Assembly (NCBI GenBank): GCA_937916085.1
Contig: CALGGO010000060.1
Span: 1,602 to 65,601, forward strand
Length of the DNA: 64,000 bases
Origin: an uncultured Prevotellaceae bacterium
GTDB lineage: Bacteria > Bacteroidota > Bacteroidia > Bacteroidales > Muribaculaceae
Direction: 5' to 3'
Shown here: piece by piece, positions 1-9,544 of the stretch
Layout: each line of letters begins with the position of its first letter
Position numbering within the stretch: the first letter of the stretch is position 1
Notes under the pieces: model-generated
What the model was told of the DNA's origin: nothing
What the model saw: only the letters and a program-made list of their open reading frames with translations
Databases searched by the model: none
Position numbers and translations under genes: made by a program

Positions 1-1
1 G

Positions 2-367
2 CTCACCACCTACAAGGGCGACGGTCTGGTGATAAGCACCCCCACAGGCTCCACAGCCTACAACATGAGCGTGGGAGGACCCATCATCAACCCCTCGACG
101 AGCTGCTTGGTGCTCTCACCCATCTCGCCTCACTCGCTCACCATGCGACCCATAGTGGTGAACGAAGACTCCTTGATAGAAGTCACTATCAACACCCGTG
201 CGAAATGGATACAAGTCAGCGTTGACGGCATGGCGATGACACTGCCCAGCGGCACCACAGTGAAGATAGCGCGCGCCCCTTATCGCCTTACCGTGCTCCA
301 AAAAAACGAACACAACTTCGCCAGCACCCTCCGCGAAAAACTCCTCTGGGGCGCCGACCAACGGTGA
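2..367 (+). CDS. nadK: NAD kinase, C-terminal part (5' end lies outside the window)
   Basis: The frame is open from the window edge. The translation LTTYKGDGLVISTPTGSTAYNMSVGGPIINP carries the NAD-kinase GDG...STPTGSTAY signature. Stop TGA at 365-367. Confidence 0.85.
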   Translation, partial: LTTYKGDGLVISTPTGSTAYNMSVGGPIINPSTSCLVLSPISPHSLTMRPIVVNEDSLIEVTINTRAKWIQVSVDGMAMTLPSGTTVKIARAPYRLTVLQKNEHNFASTLREKLLWGADQR

Positions 368-671
368 TGCTTATTTAATGCATAATTCACAATTGATTAA
401 GTGCAAAGATTATTTTCATTTAAATTCTTTTAATTCCTTTAGTCATTGGCAGAATTGCGCAACACCAAATCACGAAAAATCAACTATAAGTGATTTTTTA
501 CACTGATTTATTAACAATTTAAATCTGCCAATGGGCAACTCTAATCAATTATCAACCTCAAATCCGTTATAGGATTGAGGCTGTTTTATATAAATTTACC
601 TAAAACACAAAACCTTTTCCTAATTTGTTATATTTTTCTTCAAAAAGCACCTAAACTTAGATTATTTTCAT

Positions 672-679
672 TATCTTTG
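672..679 (+). promoter_or_regulatory. Bacteroidota -7 box candidate (TATCTTTG) for the XRE gene
   Basis: Exact match to the TAnnTTTG consensus, 34 nt upstream of the ATG at 713. Confidence 0.4.
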
Positions 680-690
680 TATCCACATTA

Positions 691-709
691 ATTATATAAA
701 ATTATATAA
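691..709 (+). promoter_or_regulatory. Tandem ATTATATAA x2, candidate operator between the -7 box and the start codon
   Basis: attatataaa/attatataag direct duplication at 691-699 and 701-709, immediately upstream of the XRE gene. Confidence 0.3.
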
Positions 710-712
710 GAT

Positions 713-931
713 ATGACAAGAGACATGAATCGCCTCAAAGTGGTGCTTGCAGAAACAAAACGCACCAACAGATGGTTAGCAGAACAACTGGGCAAGGACG
801 AAGCAACAGTCTCCAAATGGTGTACAAACACAAGCCAGCCGAGCCTTGAAACATTGTTTCAAATAGCAGAATGCCTTGACGTTCATGTTCAAGAACTTAT
901 TAGCAAGGATAAGAAATATGATTCAGAATAG
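713..931 (+). CDS. XRE/Cro-C1 family helix-turn-helix regulator (R-M controller-like)
   Basis: 72 aa. RTNRWLAEQLGKDEATVSKWCTNTSQPSLETLFQIAECL is a typical HTH_3 pattern. Its 3' end overlaps the next gene. Confidence 0.8.
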   Translation: MTRDMNRLKVVLAETKRTNRWLAEQLGKDEATVSKWCTNTSQPSLETLFQIAECLDVHVQELISKDKKYDSE

Positions 932-3900
932 TTTCATAACAAACAAAGATAAACTACTGTCAGATATCATCAACGGCATTCTTCCAAAGAGTCAATCATT
1001 GGATGTCCTCGTTGGGTATTTCTTCTTCTCAGGCTATAAACTGATTTCTGAGAAGTTGATAGACAAGCACGTGCGCATTCTTGTTGGGCTTGACATTGAC
1101 ACGCGGATTACGAAATACATCCATGAGATTGATACTTTAGCCGATTACAACAAGTCTCGTAGTCAGCTCAAGGATGATTACTATAACCATTTCGTTAGGC
1201 TGTTCAATGACACCGATTTCCTTGATAGCCAACCCAAATTGGAATACTTCAAGTTATTTTATGACAAGATTAAGGCCGGCTCTTTGGAAATCAGAAGAAC
1301 AGATGAACCTTGTCACGCCAAGATGTATATATTTGAATATAAGGATGAGATCAACGAGGAAGGCGAAGACCCAGGTTCTGTTATTACAGGTTCCAGCAAT
1401 CTTTCTTATGAAGGTTTGGCGGGAAGAGTTGAAATCAATGCCCGTTTCAACGACAAAGGTTCCTATATAGATGCCAAAACTATTTTCGAAGAACTTTGGG
1501 AAAAGTCAATTGTCATTGCCGACAAAGATCATATTGATGATTTCGACACAAAGGTCATGGACCGTATATGGTATGAAAAGTTATATAGTCCTTACAAGAT
1601 GTACCTCCGTGTGCTCAAGGAGTACTTCGCCATTCCCACATCGGAAAATCTACTTACGCCATACGACATTACAGATGGTAAGTTCTCAAATCTAAAATAT
1701 CAAACGGATGCCGTGCAAATGGCCATTAATGCCATCAAGAATCATAATGGTGTGATAGTGGCCGATGTGGTAGGACTGGGCAAGAGTATCATTGCCTCTA
1801 CCGTTGCCCGCAATCTTAGATTAAGAACACTGGTGGTTTGTCCGCCTCATTTGGAAGAGCAATGGCGCAGTTATCGTGATGACTTTGGTTTTACTGCATC
1901 TATTTACACGACGGGAAAACTAGAGGATGCTTTGAATTACTACGAACGAATAGTAAAGGCCGACGAGCAGTATCTGATCGTTGTTGATGAGGCACACCGC
2001 TACCGAAACGAATACACAATTGACTACACAATTCTGCATCAACTTTGTTCTGGCAATAAGGTGATACTTTTGACAGCAACCCCATTCAATAATAAACCAG
2101 ACGATATCTATGCGATGCTGAAACTGTTCCAGATTCCAACCAAATCTACCTTGAAGACTGTTGATAATCTGGGTGCAAAGTTCAAAGACTTGATAGCCAC
2201 GTATAAACAACTTCAAAAGGATCAGCGCAATGGAAAAGTAACGGATGCCGAAGTAACCAAAGAAGCAGGAAGGATAGCTAACGAGATACGTTCTATCATC
2301 AGCCCACTTGTGATTCGACGCTCTCGTATTGATTTGAAGGAAATACCAGAGTACGCCGAAGACTTAAAACAGCAGAATATCCAGTTAGTCATCCCCAACG
2401 ATCCCATTGAGTTGGATTACGACCTAAGGAGTCTAAAAGACCTGTATCTTGAAACGCTTGACCGCATTAGCGAGGATGATGATAAGAAAAAGAACAACGG
2501 GAAATACCGATTCAAAGCTGCCCGATATTCTCCAGTCTTATATCTGAGAGAAGAATTAAAGCAGGAACTATCAGATTTGTTGGAAGAAAAGACTGGCGTA
2601 GAACTGAATCTGTTGTTTGGACGACAGGCCAATGTCGCAAAGTTTATGCGTCGCTTGTTGGTGCGTCGTTTTGAGAGTTCTGAATATGCTTTTCGTATGT
2701 CACTTGAATATATGATAGGCAGTTCTCGTAAAATCCTGAAATGGATAAAAGAAAAGGGAAAGATGCCTGTCTATAAGAAAGGAAATCTTCCTGACGTTGA
2801 TGACTTTTATAAGACAAACGATGATGGTAACAACCTCATTACAGAAACCTACGAAAAGTATGAGAAACGTGGATTCTTTGAAATAGACATGAAGTATATC
2901 AAGGAATCCTTTGTAGAAGACATCAAGGCGGACATGGCTCTGCTTTTAGAGATACAAAAGAAATGGTTCGGAGAGGACGGAACTATCATGAGCGACCCCA
3001 AGTTGGAATCGTTCAAGGGCATTTTAGACAAGCAAATTGCCAAGGAACCTCAGCGCAAAATCATTGTGTTTACAGAGTTTGCCGATACTGCCGACTATCT
3101 TGGCAAGGCATTACAGGCATACGGGCTTCCAGTATTCAAATACACCTCTGCCGATGCTTCCCAAACCAACAAAAACACCATCAACGCTAACTTCAATGCG
3201 GGAGAGAAAAAGGAGTATCAGCGGGATGACTATAAAATACTCGTTGCTACCGATGCAATCTCTGAAGGCTACAACCTGCATCGTGCAGGAACGGTTATCA
3301 ATTATGACATTCCATACAACCCCACTCGTATCATCCAGCGAATAGGGCGTATCAACCGCATTAACAAGAAAGTCTTCGACCAGTTGTATATCTACAACTA
3401 CTTCCCAACGGATGTAGGCGAATCAGAAACGCGCACCAAGGAAATCTCTACCTTGAAGATGGCTATGATTCATGCCATCATGGGAGAAGACACAAAAGTG
3501 CTAACCAAAGATGAGGAAATACAATCTTATTTTTTAGAACAGTATCGCAAAGAAATGGCAAAGAGCGAGGAAATATCCTGGGACGTTAAGTACCAGAAAC
3601 TGCTAAACGCAGCCAAGGGTACTGAGATTTATGAAGAAGCATTGCAGTTGCCTCATCGTGCTCGTACAGGCCGTTCTGGTGAAAAGCCTAGAAGCGGTGC
3701 CCTCATGTTTGGCAAGAAGGGCAACGATTTTGTCTTTAAGATAGGAAACGAAGAAGGCTTGGTCATTCAATTAACCGCAGAAGAAGCCATTGGCCTATTT
3801 GAGGCAGAAACAAGCGAACAGCCCACAGCACTTTCCGAATCTTTCGAGTCTGCTTATCAGTTAACCAAATCACATCTGTTCAGTAGTGATGTGAAGGACA

Positions 3901-4175
3901 AGAACGAGAAAGCACGAATAGAAGCCATGCAGAAGGTGAAAGTGATGCTGAATCGCAAGGTGCTACCAACTGACTATCTGAAAGACTTGATAAAGGTCAT
4001 TCAGAGCGATGGCCTTTCTGGCTATGAAATTCGTTATATAAACAAACTGAAACCTGCCGACTACAATAAGTTGCCCGACCAAATTGATGAATATTATATC
4101 AATCGCATCATAGAAACATGCAATCATGTGGATGATGGCGAGGAATTAATCATTTTAGCAGAGGAATTAAAATGA
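918..4175 (+). CDS. PLD-family nuclease domain fused to an SNF2/SF2 helicase
   Basis: N-terminal single HKD motif: CHAKMYIF...GSSNLS (about 1311-1400). Helicase motifs: ADVVGLGKS (I), DEAHRYRN (II), LLTATPFNN (III), ATDAISEGYNLH (V), QRIGRINR (VI). Start taken at ATG 918; the ORF is open from 876. Confidence 0.85.
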   Translation: MIQNSFITNKDKLLSDIINGILPKSQSLDVLVGYFFFSGYKLISEKLIDKHVRILVGLDIDTRITKYIHEIDTLADYNKSRSQLKDDYYNHFVRLFNDTDFLDSQPKLEYFKLFYDKIKAGSLEIRRTDEPCHAKMYIFEYKDEINEEGEDPGSVITGSSNLSYEGLAGRVEINARFNDKGSYIDAKTIFEELWEKSIVIADKDHIDDFDTKVMDRIWYEKLYSPYKMYLRVLKEYFAIPTSENLLTPYDITDGKFSNLKYQTDAVQMAINAIKNHNGVIVADVVGLGKSIIASTVARNLRLRTLVVCPPHLEEQWRSYRDDFGFTASIYTTGKLEDALNYYERIVKADEQYLIVVDEAHRYRNEYTIDYTILHQLCSGNKVILLTATPFNNKPDDIYAMLKLFQIPTKSTLKTVDNLGAKFKDLIATYKQLQKDQRNGKVTDAEVTKEAGRIANEIRSIISPLVIRRSRIDLKEIPEYAEDLKQQNIQLVIPNDPIELDYDLRSLKDLYLETLDRISEDDDKKKNNGKYRFKAARYSPVLYLREELKQELSDLLEEKTGVELNLLFGRQANVAKFMRRLLVRRFESSEYAFRMSLEYMIGSSRKILKWIKEKGKMPVYKKGNLPDVDDFYKTNDDGNNLITETYEKYEKRGFFEIDMKYIKESFVEDIKADMALLLEIQKKWFGEDGTIMSDPKLESFKGILDKQIAKEPQRKIIVFTEFADTADYLGKALQAYGLPVFKYTSADASQTNKNTINANFNAGEKKEYQRDDYKILVATDAISEGYNLHRAGTVINYDIPYNPTRIIQRIGRINRINKKVFDQLYIYNYFPTDVGESETRTKEISTLKMAMIHAIMGEDTKVLTKDEEIQSYFLEQYRKEMAKSEEISWDVKYQKLLNAAKGTEIYEEALQLPHRARTGRSGEKPRSGALMFGKKGNDFVFKIGNEEGLVIQLTAEEAIGLFEAETSEQPTALSESFESAYQLTKSHLFSSDVKDKNEKARIEAMQKVKVMLNRKVLPTDYLKDLIKVIQSDGLSGYEIRYINKLKPADYNKLPDQIDEYYINRIIETCNHVDDGEELIILAEELK

Positions 4176-6130
4176 AAACTGCACAAGAACTTTTCGACCA
4201 ATTGAATTCTATTGACGAGAATGTCAGAATCGATGCAAAAAAAGCATCTGAGATAGATAAGAGCATTATGGAAACCGTATGCGCTTTTGCCAATGAGCCA
4301 GGCTTGGGCGGTGGATATCTGTTATTAGGCGCAATCAGAACGGGTTTTAAGGATGGGCTTCCAGTATATGTGCCCGAGAACATTGAGAATCCTGATAAAA
4401 TACAGAATGATTTTACTACCCAGTGTAGTTCTATGTTCAATGTACGCATCCGTCCACAGATAGAAACTGAGGTCGTAGAGGGGAAAACGGTACTTGTTGT
4501 TAAGATTGACGAAGCTCCTGAAGCCCAAAAACCTATATATATAGTTAACCGTGGACTACCTCAAGGGGCTTTTCGCAGAATAGGTCCTTCTGACCAAAAA
4601 TGTACCGAAGACGATATGAGGGTTTTCTATTCTTCTGCCGAGAGTTTCGACAGCACCATTGTAAAGGGTGCTACACTTGATGATATAGACGACAATGCAG
4701 TAGAATACTATAGGAGACTACGTTCCAAGGTAAACCCCAATGCAGAGGAATTGTCATACGATGACAAAGATCTTCTCATGGCATTAAGGGCATGCGAAAA
4801 GGAAAAAGATGGCAACTATGTCTTGACTTATACGGGACTCGTCGTATTTGGAAAATCTATGTCACTACGCCGTTTGTTGCCAGCATTAAGAGTAGATTAC
4901 ATTCGTGTATCTGGCAACAGATGGATAGAAGACCCCGATAAACGTTTCGAGACTACCATTGATATGCGTGGGCCACTTATTCTATTAGTCAACCGTGCTC
5001 TCAATGCAATCATAGACGACCTGCCAAAAGGCTTTGAACTGAAAAAAGGCAATATTCAATCCAATACACCATTTGACTTACCTAATGATGCACTTCGTGA
5101 GGCTTTGGTCAATGCTTTCATCCATTGTTCATTCCGACTTAATCAGCCTATACAGATTATTAGATACTCTAATCGCTTGGAAATAATCAATCCTGGTTTT
5201 TCTTTAAAATCCCCCGAGACTTTAGGCGAGCCAGGATCAGTGCAACGTAATCCATTTATCAGTACCATATTCCATGATACGAACTTAGCAGAAACTAAAG
5301 GTTCGGGCATAAGGTCTATGCGAGGACACATGAAGAAAGCGGGTATGATGCCTCCTACTTTTGAATCAAATCGCTCTGCCAATCAGTTCACTGCGCGATT
5401 ACTATTGCATCACTTCTTGGATAAAGAAACCATTCAGTGGCTTTCATACTATACAGACTATTCATTAAACAACGAGCAAAGGCTAGCCCTGGTCTTTGTC
5501 CGCGAAGTCGGGGCAATAGACAATATAACCTATCGACAGCTAAATAGTGATATTAATAATCAAAAAGCTTCTTTTGATTTGCACGACATGTGTGCCAAAG
5601 GATTATTGGAACAGAAAGGGCAAAGCAGAAGTACATACTACATTGCAGGTACAAACTTTGTTAATAGTAGAGCTGACGGAGAAAATAGTAGAGCTGACGG
5701 AGAAAATAGTAGAGCTAACGAAGAAAATAGTAGAGCTAACGAAGAAAATAGTAGAGCTATTGGAGAAAATAGTAGAGCTGACGGAGAAATGAGTAGAGGT
5801 AACTATCCTCTTAATAGTAGAGGTGACGCCCTTAATAGTAGAGCTAACAAACCCCTTAATAGTAGAGCTAAACAATTTCCCGTAGAATTACAAAAGAAGA
5901 TTTCTAAAATTGGGAGACGCTCTAAACCTGAAGCCATGAAAGAACTTATAATAGAACTTTGTAGTTTGTGTCCGCTAAGTTTACAGGAGTTAGCAAGTAT
6001 ATTAAAGAGAAAACCTTCATCATTAAGGTATCTATATATTAATTCATTAATAGGCAACCACCAGCTTTTCTATACTATTCCAGAGATGCTAAACCATCCT
6101 AATCAAAAATATACAACTGTCAAAAAATAA
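4172..6130 (+). CDS. AlbA_2 (Schlafen-like) plus HATPase_c_4 'RecG-like' putative DNA-binding protein with C-terminal wHTH-like region
   Basis: N-terminal ETVCAFANEPGLGGGYLLLGA (AlbA_2 pattern). Central REALVNAFIHCSFRLNQPIQIIRYSNRLEIINPG (HATPase_c_4 pattern). The start overlaps the helicase stop (ATGA). Confidence 0.7.
   Translation: MKTAQELFDQLNSIDENVRIDAKKASEIDKSIMETVCAFANEPGLGGGYLLLGAIRTGFKDGLPVYVPENIENPDKIQNDFTTQCSSMFNVRIRPQIETEVVEGKTVLVVKIDEAPEAQKPIYIVNRGLPQGAFRRIGPSDQKCTEDDMRVFYSSAESFDSTIVKGATLDDIDDNAVEYYRRLRSKVNPNAEELSYDDKDLLMALRACEKEKDGNYVLTYTGLVVFGKSMSLRRLLPALRVDYIRVSGNRWIEDPDKRFETTIDMRGPLILLVNRALNAIIDDLPKGFELKKGNIQSNTPFDLPNDALREALVNAFIHCSFRLNQPIQIIRYSNRLEIINPGFSLKSPETLGEPGSVQRNPFISTIFHDTNLAETKGSGIRSMRGHMKKAGMMPPTFESNRSANQFTARLLLHHFLDKETIQWLSYYTDYSLNNEQRLALVFVREVGAIDNITYRQLNSDINNQKASFDLHDMCAKGLLEQKGQSRSTYYIAGTNFVNSRADGENSRADGENSRANEENSRANEENSRAIGENSRADGEMSRGNYPLNSRGDALNSRANKPLNSRAKQFPVELQKKISKIGRRSKPEAMKELIIELCSLCPLSLQELASILKRKPSSLRYLYINSLIGNHQLFYTIPEMLNHPNQKYTTVKK
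5663..5875 (+). repeat. In-frame 21-bp tandem repeat (6 near-perfect plus about 4 degenerate units)
   Basis: aatagtagagctgacggagaa repeats from 5663 in exact 21-nt steps. It encodes NSRADGE/NSRANEE/NSRAIGE heptads, then LNSRGDA/LNSRANKP/LNSRAKQ. Confidence 0.95.
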
Positions 6131-6142
6131 GCATTAGCCAAT

Positions 6143-9100
6143 ATGGAGTTTAACAGAGCATATAACCGTGACGAATTTCTCTCATTCCTGAGAGTTAACT
6201 TCCTCCCAGAGGATTTCCGACAGGAAATAAGCAGTGTAGAGAATCCTGTCCAGTTCCAATACACCCAGCAAGTGACACGTCTCGGAGAATGTGAGTCGCT
6301 GGGGTTGGTGGTCTATGAAGTGCACCATAGTTCAAAACACGATGCACGTGTAGGTCTCACCAAAGAAGCTTTCCGTCTGTTGGCTGACGAATTCTGCGAA
6401 CGCGCTTTGGTGTTCTTTGTGCCAAAGGATGATTACAGCAACTATCGTTTCTCGCTGATTGAGATCACGCTCGACCAATCAGAAGAATCCTCACGCATCA
6501 GCCGCCGATACTCCAATCCTCACCGCTATTCTTATTACCTTGGCAATGGCATCGCTTACTATACCCCAAACAAATACCTGAATGAGAATGGCCGAGTAGT
6601 TAACATTGATGACTTGCGCAGCCGTTTCTCGGTGGAGGTACTTACCAAGGCCTTCTATCAGGAACTCAGCGACTGGTATGCCTGGGCAATTATGGTTGTA
6701 CAATTCCCTAATGACTTGACGATGCCGGAGGATAAACAGAAGTATAACTCTGAGGCGATGATTCGCCTGATAACCCGTCTTATTTTCGTCTGGTTCCTCA
6801 AACAGCGTCACTTGGTGCCCGACGAATTCTTTGATGAGAATTTTATCGCTTCTGAATTAATAGAAGGCTTTTCCCCTCATGCAATAGAGAACCTTTTCGG
6901 AAAGTCTTATGAGAGCAAGTACTATAAAGGTGTACTGCAAAACCTCTTCTTCGCCATGCTCAACAGTCCCATCACGCCAGAAGGTAAGGACACCATTTCT
7001 GAACGTCGTTTCCGCAATGGGCGTGGCGACTATGACAACAACAAATTGATGCGTCATGAGGATTTATTTATCAATCCCGATAAGTTTGTGGAACTGGCTA
7101 ACAAGTATGTACCATTTCTAAATGGTGGTTTGTTCGACTGCTTGGACGACAAGGACAAAGGCATTTATATTGATGCTTTCACAGACCGCAAGGCCATCAG
7201 CGACCAGTTGGTGATACCCGACTTTCTATTCTTTGGTGACGAGGTAGGCAAAAACATCGACCTCTCCGATTGGTATGGCGACAAGAAGAAAAAGAAGGTT
7301 AGTGCACGGGGTATTATTGACATTCTGAAGCGTTATAACTTCACCGTTGAAGAAAACACGCCTTTCGACCAAGAAGTATCACTCGACCCAGAGCTATTGG
7401 GAAAAGTGTTTGAGAACCTTTTGGCTGCCTACAACCCAGAGACGCAGACGACTGCCCGCAAGCAGACAGGATCGTTCTATACCCCTCGTGAGATTGTGCA
7501 GTACATGGTGGACGAAAGCCTGATAGCCCATCTAAAGCGAACAGTAGGCGAAGCGTTAGAACCAGAATATCGGAAGTTGGTGCAATATACTGATGAGGAA
7601 CTGAATCTAACCGATGATCAGAAACGCCAGATAATGCAGTCGCTCTATGAATGTAAGGTGCTCGACCCCGCCTGTGGCTCAGGTGCATTCCCAATGGGTA
7701 TGCTCCAACAGATGGTGCATATCCTAGGACAACTTGACCCCAACAACGAGCAATGGAAGAATATGATGCTCAACAATGCCATCAGCGAGACATCTGACGC
7801 CTACCACAACGCAACAGATGAAGAACGTTCGGAAATCGTTGCCGACATAGAGCGCAGTTTCAACGAGAGTATAAATCGCCCCGACTATGCCCGTAAACTC
7901 TACCTGATAGAGAACTGCATCTATGGCGTGGATATCCAGCCCATTGCTATCCAAATCAGCAAACTCCGTTTCTTTATTTCCTTGGTGGTTGACCAGAAGA
8001 CAAACAACAATCCTGTTGACAACTTCGGCATACGTCCTTTGCCAAACCTCGAGGCAAAGTTTGTAGCGGCAAACACCTTGGTTGGATTAGAGAAACGCGA
8101 AACAAACCTCTTTGACTCCGAAACTATCCGCGAAAAAGAAAAGGAAATGAAAGAGGCGAAGCATCGCATATTTGGAGCAAAAACGGTAAAAACAAAACGT
8201 AAATATAAGGAGAAGGTTGAAAGTCTTCGTAATGAAATTACACTAATGTTGAAAGAAAGTGGAGCGATTGGTAATATTGAAGCCCGCCAACTTTCAGAAT
8301 GGGATATGTTTGACCAGAACGCTTCTTCACCATTCTTTGATAGCGAATGGATGTTTAGTATTAAAGATGGATTTGATATTATTGTAGGTAATCCTCCATA
8401 CCATCAATTGTCTAAAGACAAATCTGCCCCATTGGCATATAGAGCCTACTTAAAAAGGAGATACAACACTTCTGGAGGAAGACAAAATACGTTTATTTAT
8501 TTCACTCATCTTGGTATTGAACTTACGGCTAATAATGGAGTTCTTTCTTATATTATTCCCAATACGATACTGACGCAAGAATACTATAAGGATACTCGTA
8601 AACTATTACTTAAAGAGACATCTCTTCTTAAAGTTGTGTTTTACGATAAAATGCCATTCGAAAATGCTGTAGTGGAGAATGTTACCTTTATTGTTTCTAA
8701 ACACAAACAACCCGATTACGAAATATCGTATTATATTAGTGATGTACACTCTGTTGATTATAATTGTACTAAGCAAAAGAGTGAATTTATGACATCACCT
8801 ATATTTGCTTTTAGCTTCAAGTCAAATAATTTAAATAGCAAGGTCGCTCTTGACTCCATAAAGCTTAAAGATCTATGCAATATAAATCAAGCTATTGCAT
8901 TAAAGGGTGACAAGTCACTATCTGTAAAACGAGATAATCCATCAGGAAAGTACTATAGATTATTAGATGGAAGAAATATAAATAAATATTCAGTAACTTG
9001 GACTGGGGAGTATCTTGATTATTGTTTAGAAAGAATTCATTCATGCAAAACAAAAACGATTTTCGAAGTTCCTGAAAAACTATTATTTAGAAGAGTATCT

Positions 9101-9523
9101 GCAAATTTGATATTCACCTATGACAACAACCAATATTATGCTTTAAACACTATTGTTGTTGTTACGTTAAAAGGAGAGAAATATATTTCACTAAAATATC
9201 TTCTCGCCCTTCTTAACTCAAAACTTTTGAATTTCTACTATGTAACAGAACACAAATCAACAAAGAAAGTTTTTTCTGAGATACAAGCACGTAGCGTTGG
9301 AGAACTTCCTATAAAACATGTCTCCCAGAATAAACAACAGGGATTCATTTCTTTGGTAGACAAAATCCTAATATCCAAAGAAGAGAATCCACAGGCAGAC
9401 ACAAGCACATTAGAAAACGAGATTGACAAGAAAGTCTATCACCTCTACGGCCTGACCTACGATGAAGTCCTCATCGTTGATCCAGAGACTCCGATAACAA
9501 GAGAAGAATACGAAAAATGTTAA
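6143..9523 (+). CDS. Eco57I-like (gamma-class) N6-adenine DNA methyltransferase with long N- and C-terminal extensions
   Basis: 1126 aa. AdoMet motif VLDPACGSGAFPMG (about 7661-7700) and catalytic GNPPY (NPPY at 8390-8401). The C-terminal region resembles a type IIG/TaqI-like specificity domain. Confidence 0.85.
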   Translation: MEFNRAYNRDEFLSFLRVNFLPEDFRQEISSVENPVQFQYTQQVTRLGECESLGLVVYEVHHSSKHDARVGLTKEAFRLLADEFCERALVFFVPKDDYSNYRFSLIEITLDQSEESSRISRRYSNPHRYSYYLGNGIAYYTPNKYLNENGRVVNIDDLRSRFSVEVLTKAFYQELSDWYAWAIMVVQFPNDLTMPEDKQKYNSEAMIRLITRLIFVWFLKQRHLVPDEFFDENFIASELIEGFSPHAIENLFGKSYESKYYKGVLQNLFFAMLNSPITPEGKDTISERRFRNGRGDYDNNKLMRHEDLFINPDKFVELANKYVPFLNGGLFDCLDDKDKGIYIDAFTDRKAISDQLVIPDFLFFGDEVGKNIDLSDWYGDKKKKKVSARGIIDILKRYNFTVEENTPFDQEVSLDPELLGKVFENLLAAYNPETQTTARKQTGSFYTPREIVQYMVDESLIAHLKRTVGEALEPEYRKLVQYTDEELNLTDDQKRQIMQSLYECKVLDPACGSGAFPMGMLQQMVHILGQLDPNNEQWKNMMLNNAISETSDAYHNATDEERSEIVADIERSFNESINRPDYARKLYLIENCIYGVDIQPIAIQISKLRFFISLVVDQKTNNNPVDNFGIRPLPNLEAKFVAANTLVGLEKRETNLFDSETIREKEKEMKEAKHRIFGAKTVKTKRKYKEKVESLRNEITLMLKESGAIGNIEARQLSEWDMFDQNASSPFFDSEWMFSIKDGFDIIVGNPPYHQLSKDKSAPLAYRAYLKRRYNTSGGRQNTFIYFTHLGIELTANNGVLSYIIPNTILTQEYYKDTRKLLLKETSLLKVVFYDKMPFENAVVENVTFIVSKHKQPDYEISYYISDVHSVDYNCTKQKSEFMTSPIFAFSFKSNNLNSKVALDSIKLKDLCNINQAIALKGDKSLSVKRDNPSGKYYRLLDGRNINKYSVTWTGEYLDYCLERIHSCKTKTIFEVPEKLLFRRVSANLIFTYDNNQYYALNTIVVVTLKGEKYISLKYLLALLNSKLLNFYYVTEHKSTKKVFSEIQARSVGELPIKHVSQNKQQGFISLVDKILISKEENPQADTSTLENEIDKKVYHLYGLTYDEVLIVDPETPITREEYEKC

Positions 9524-9544
9524 AAACCATTTATTCACTTATTT

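Noticed and set aside
876-917. Upstream start (ATG 876) for the PLD-SNF2 helicase, as in the ORF track
   Set aside because: The first 14 codons (MTFMFKNLLARIRN) lie wholly inside the XRE gene. ATG 918 gives a short 14-nt overlap, typical of coupled genes. I retain it as an alternative, but the evidence is not decisive.
5547-5875. Alternative-frame ORFs (81 aa on the plus strand, 90 aa on the minus strand) with periodic sequences such as TEKIVEL and SSTIFSV
   Set aside because: They are other-frame readings of the 21-bp tandem repeat inside the 652-aa gene. They are periodic by construction and lie inside a well-supported CDS.
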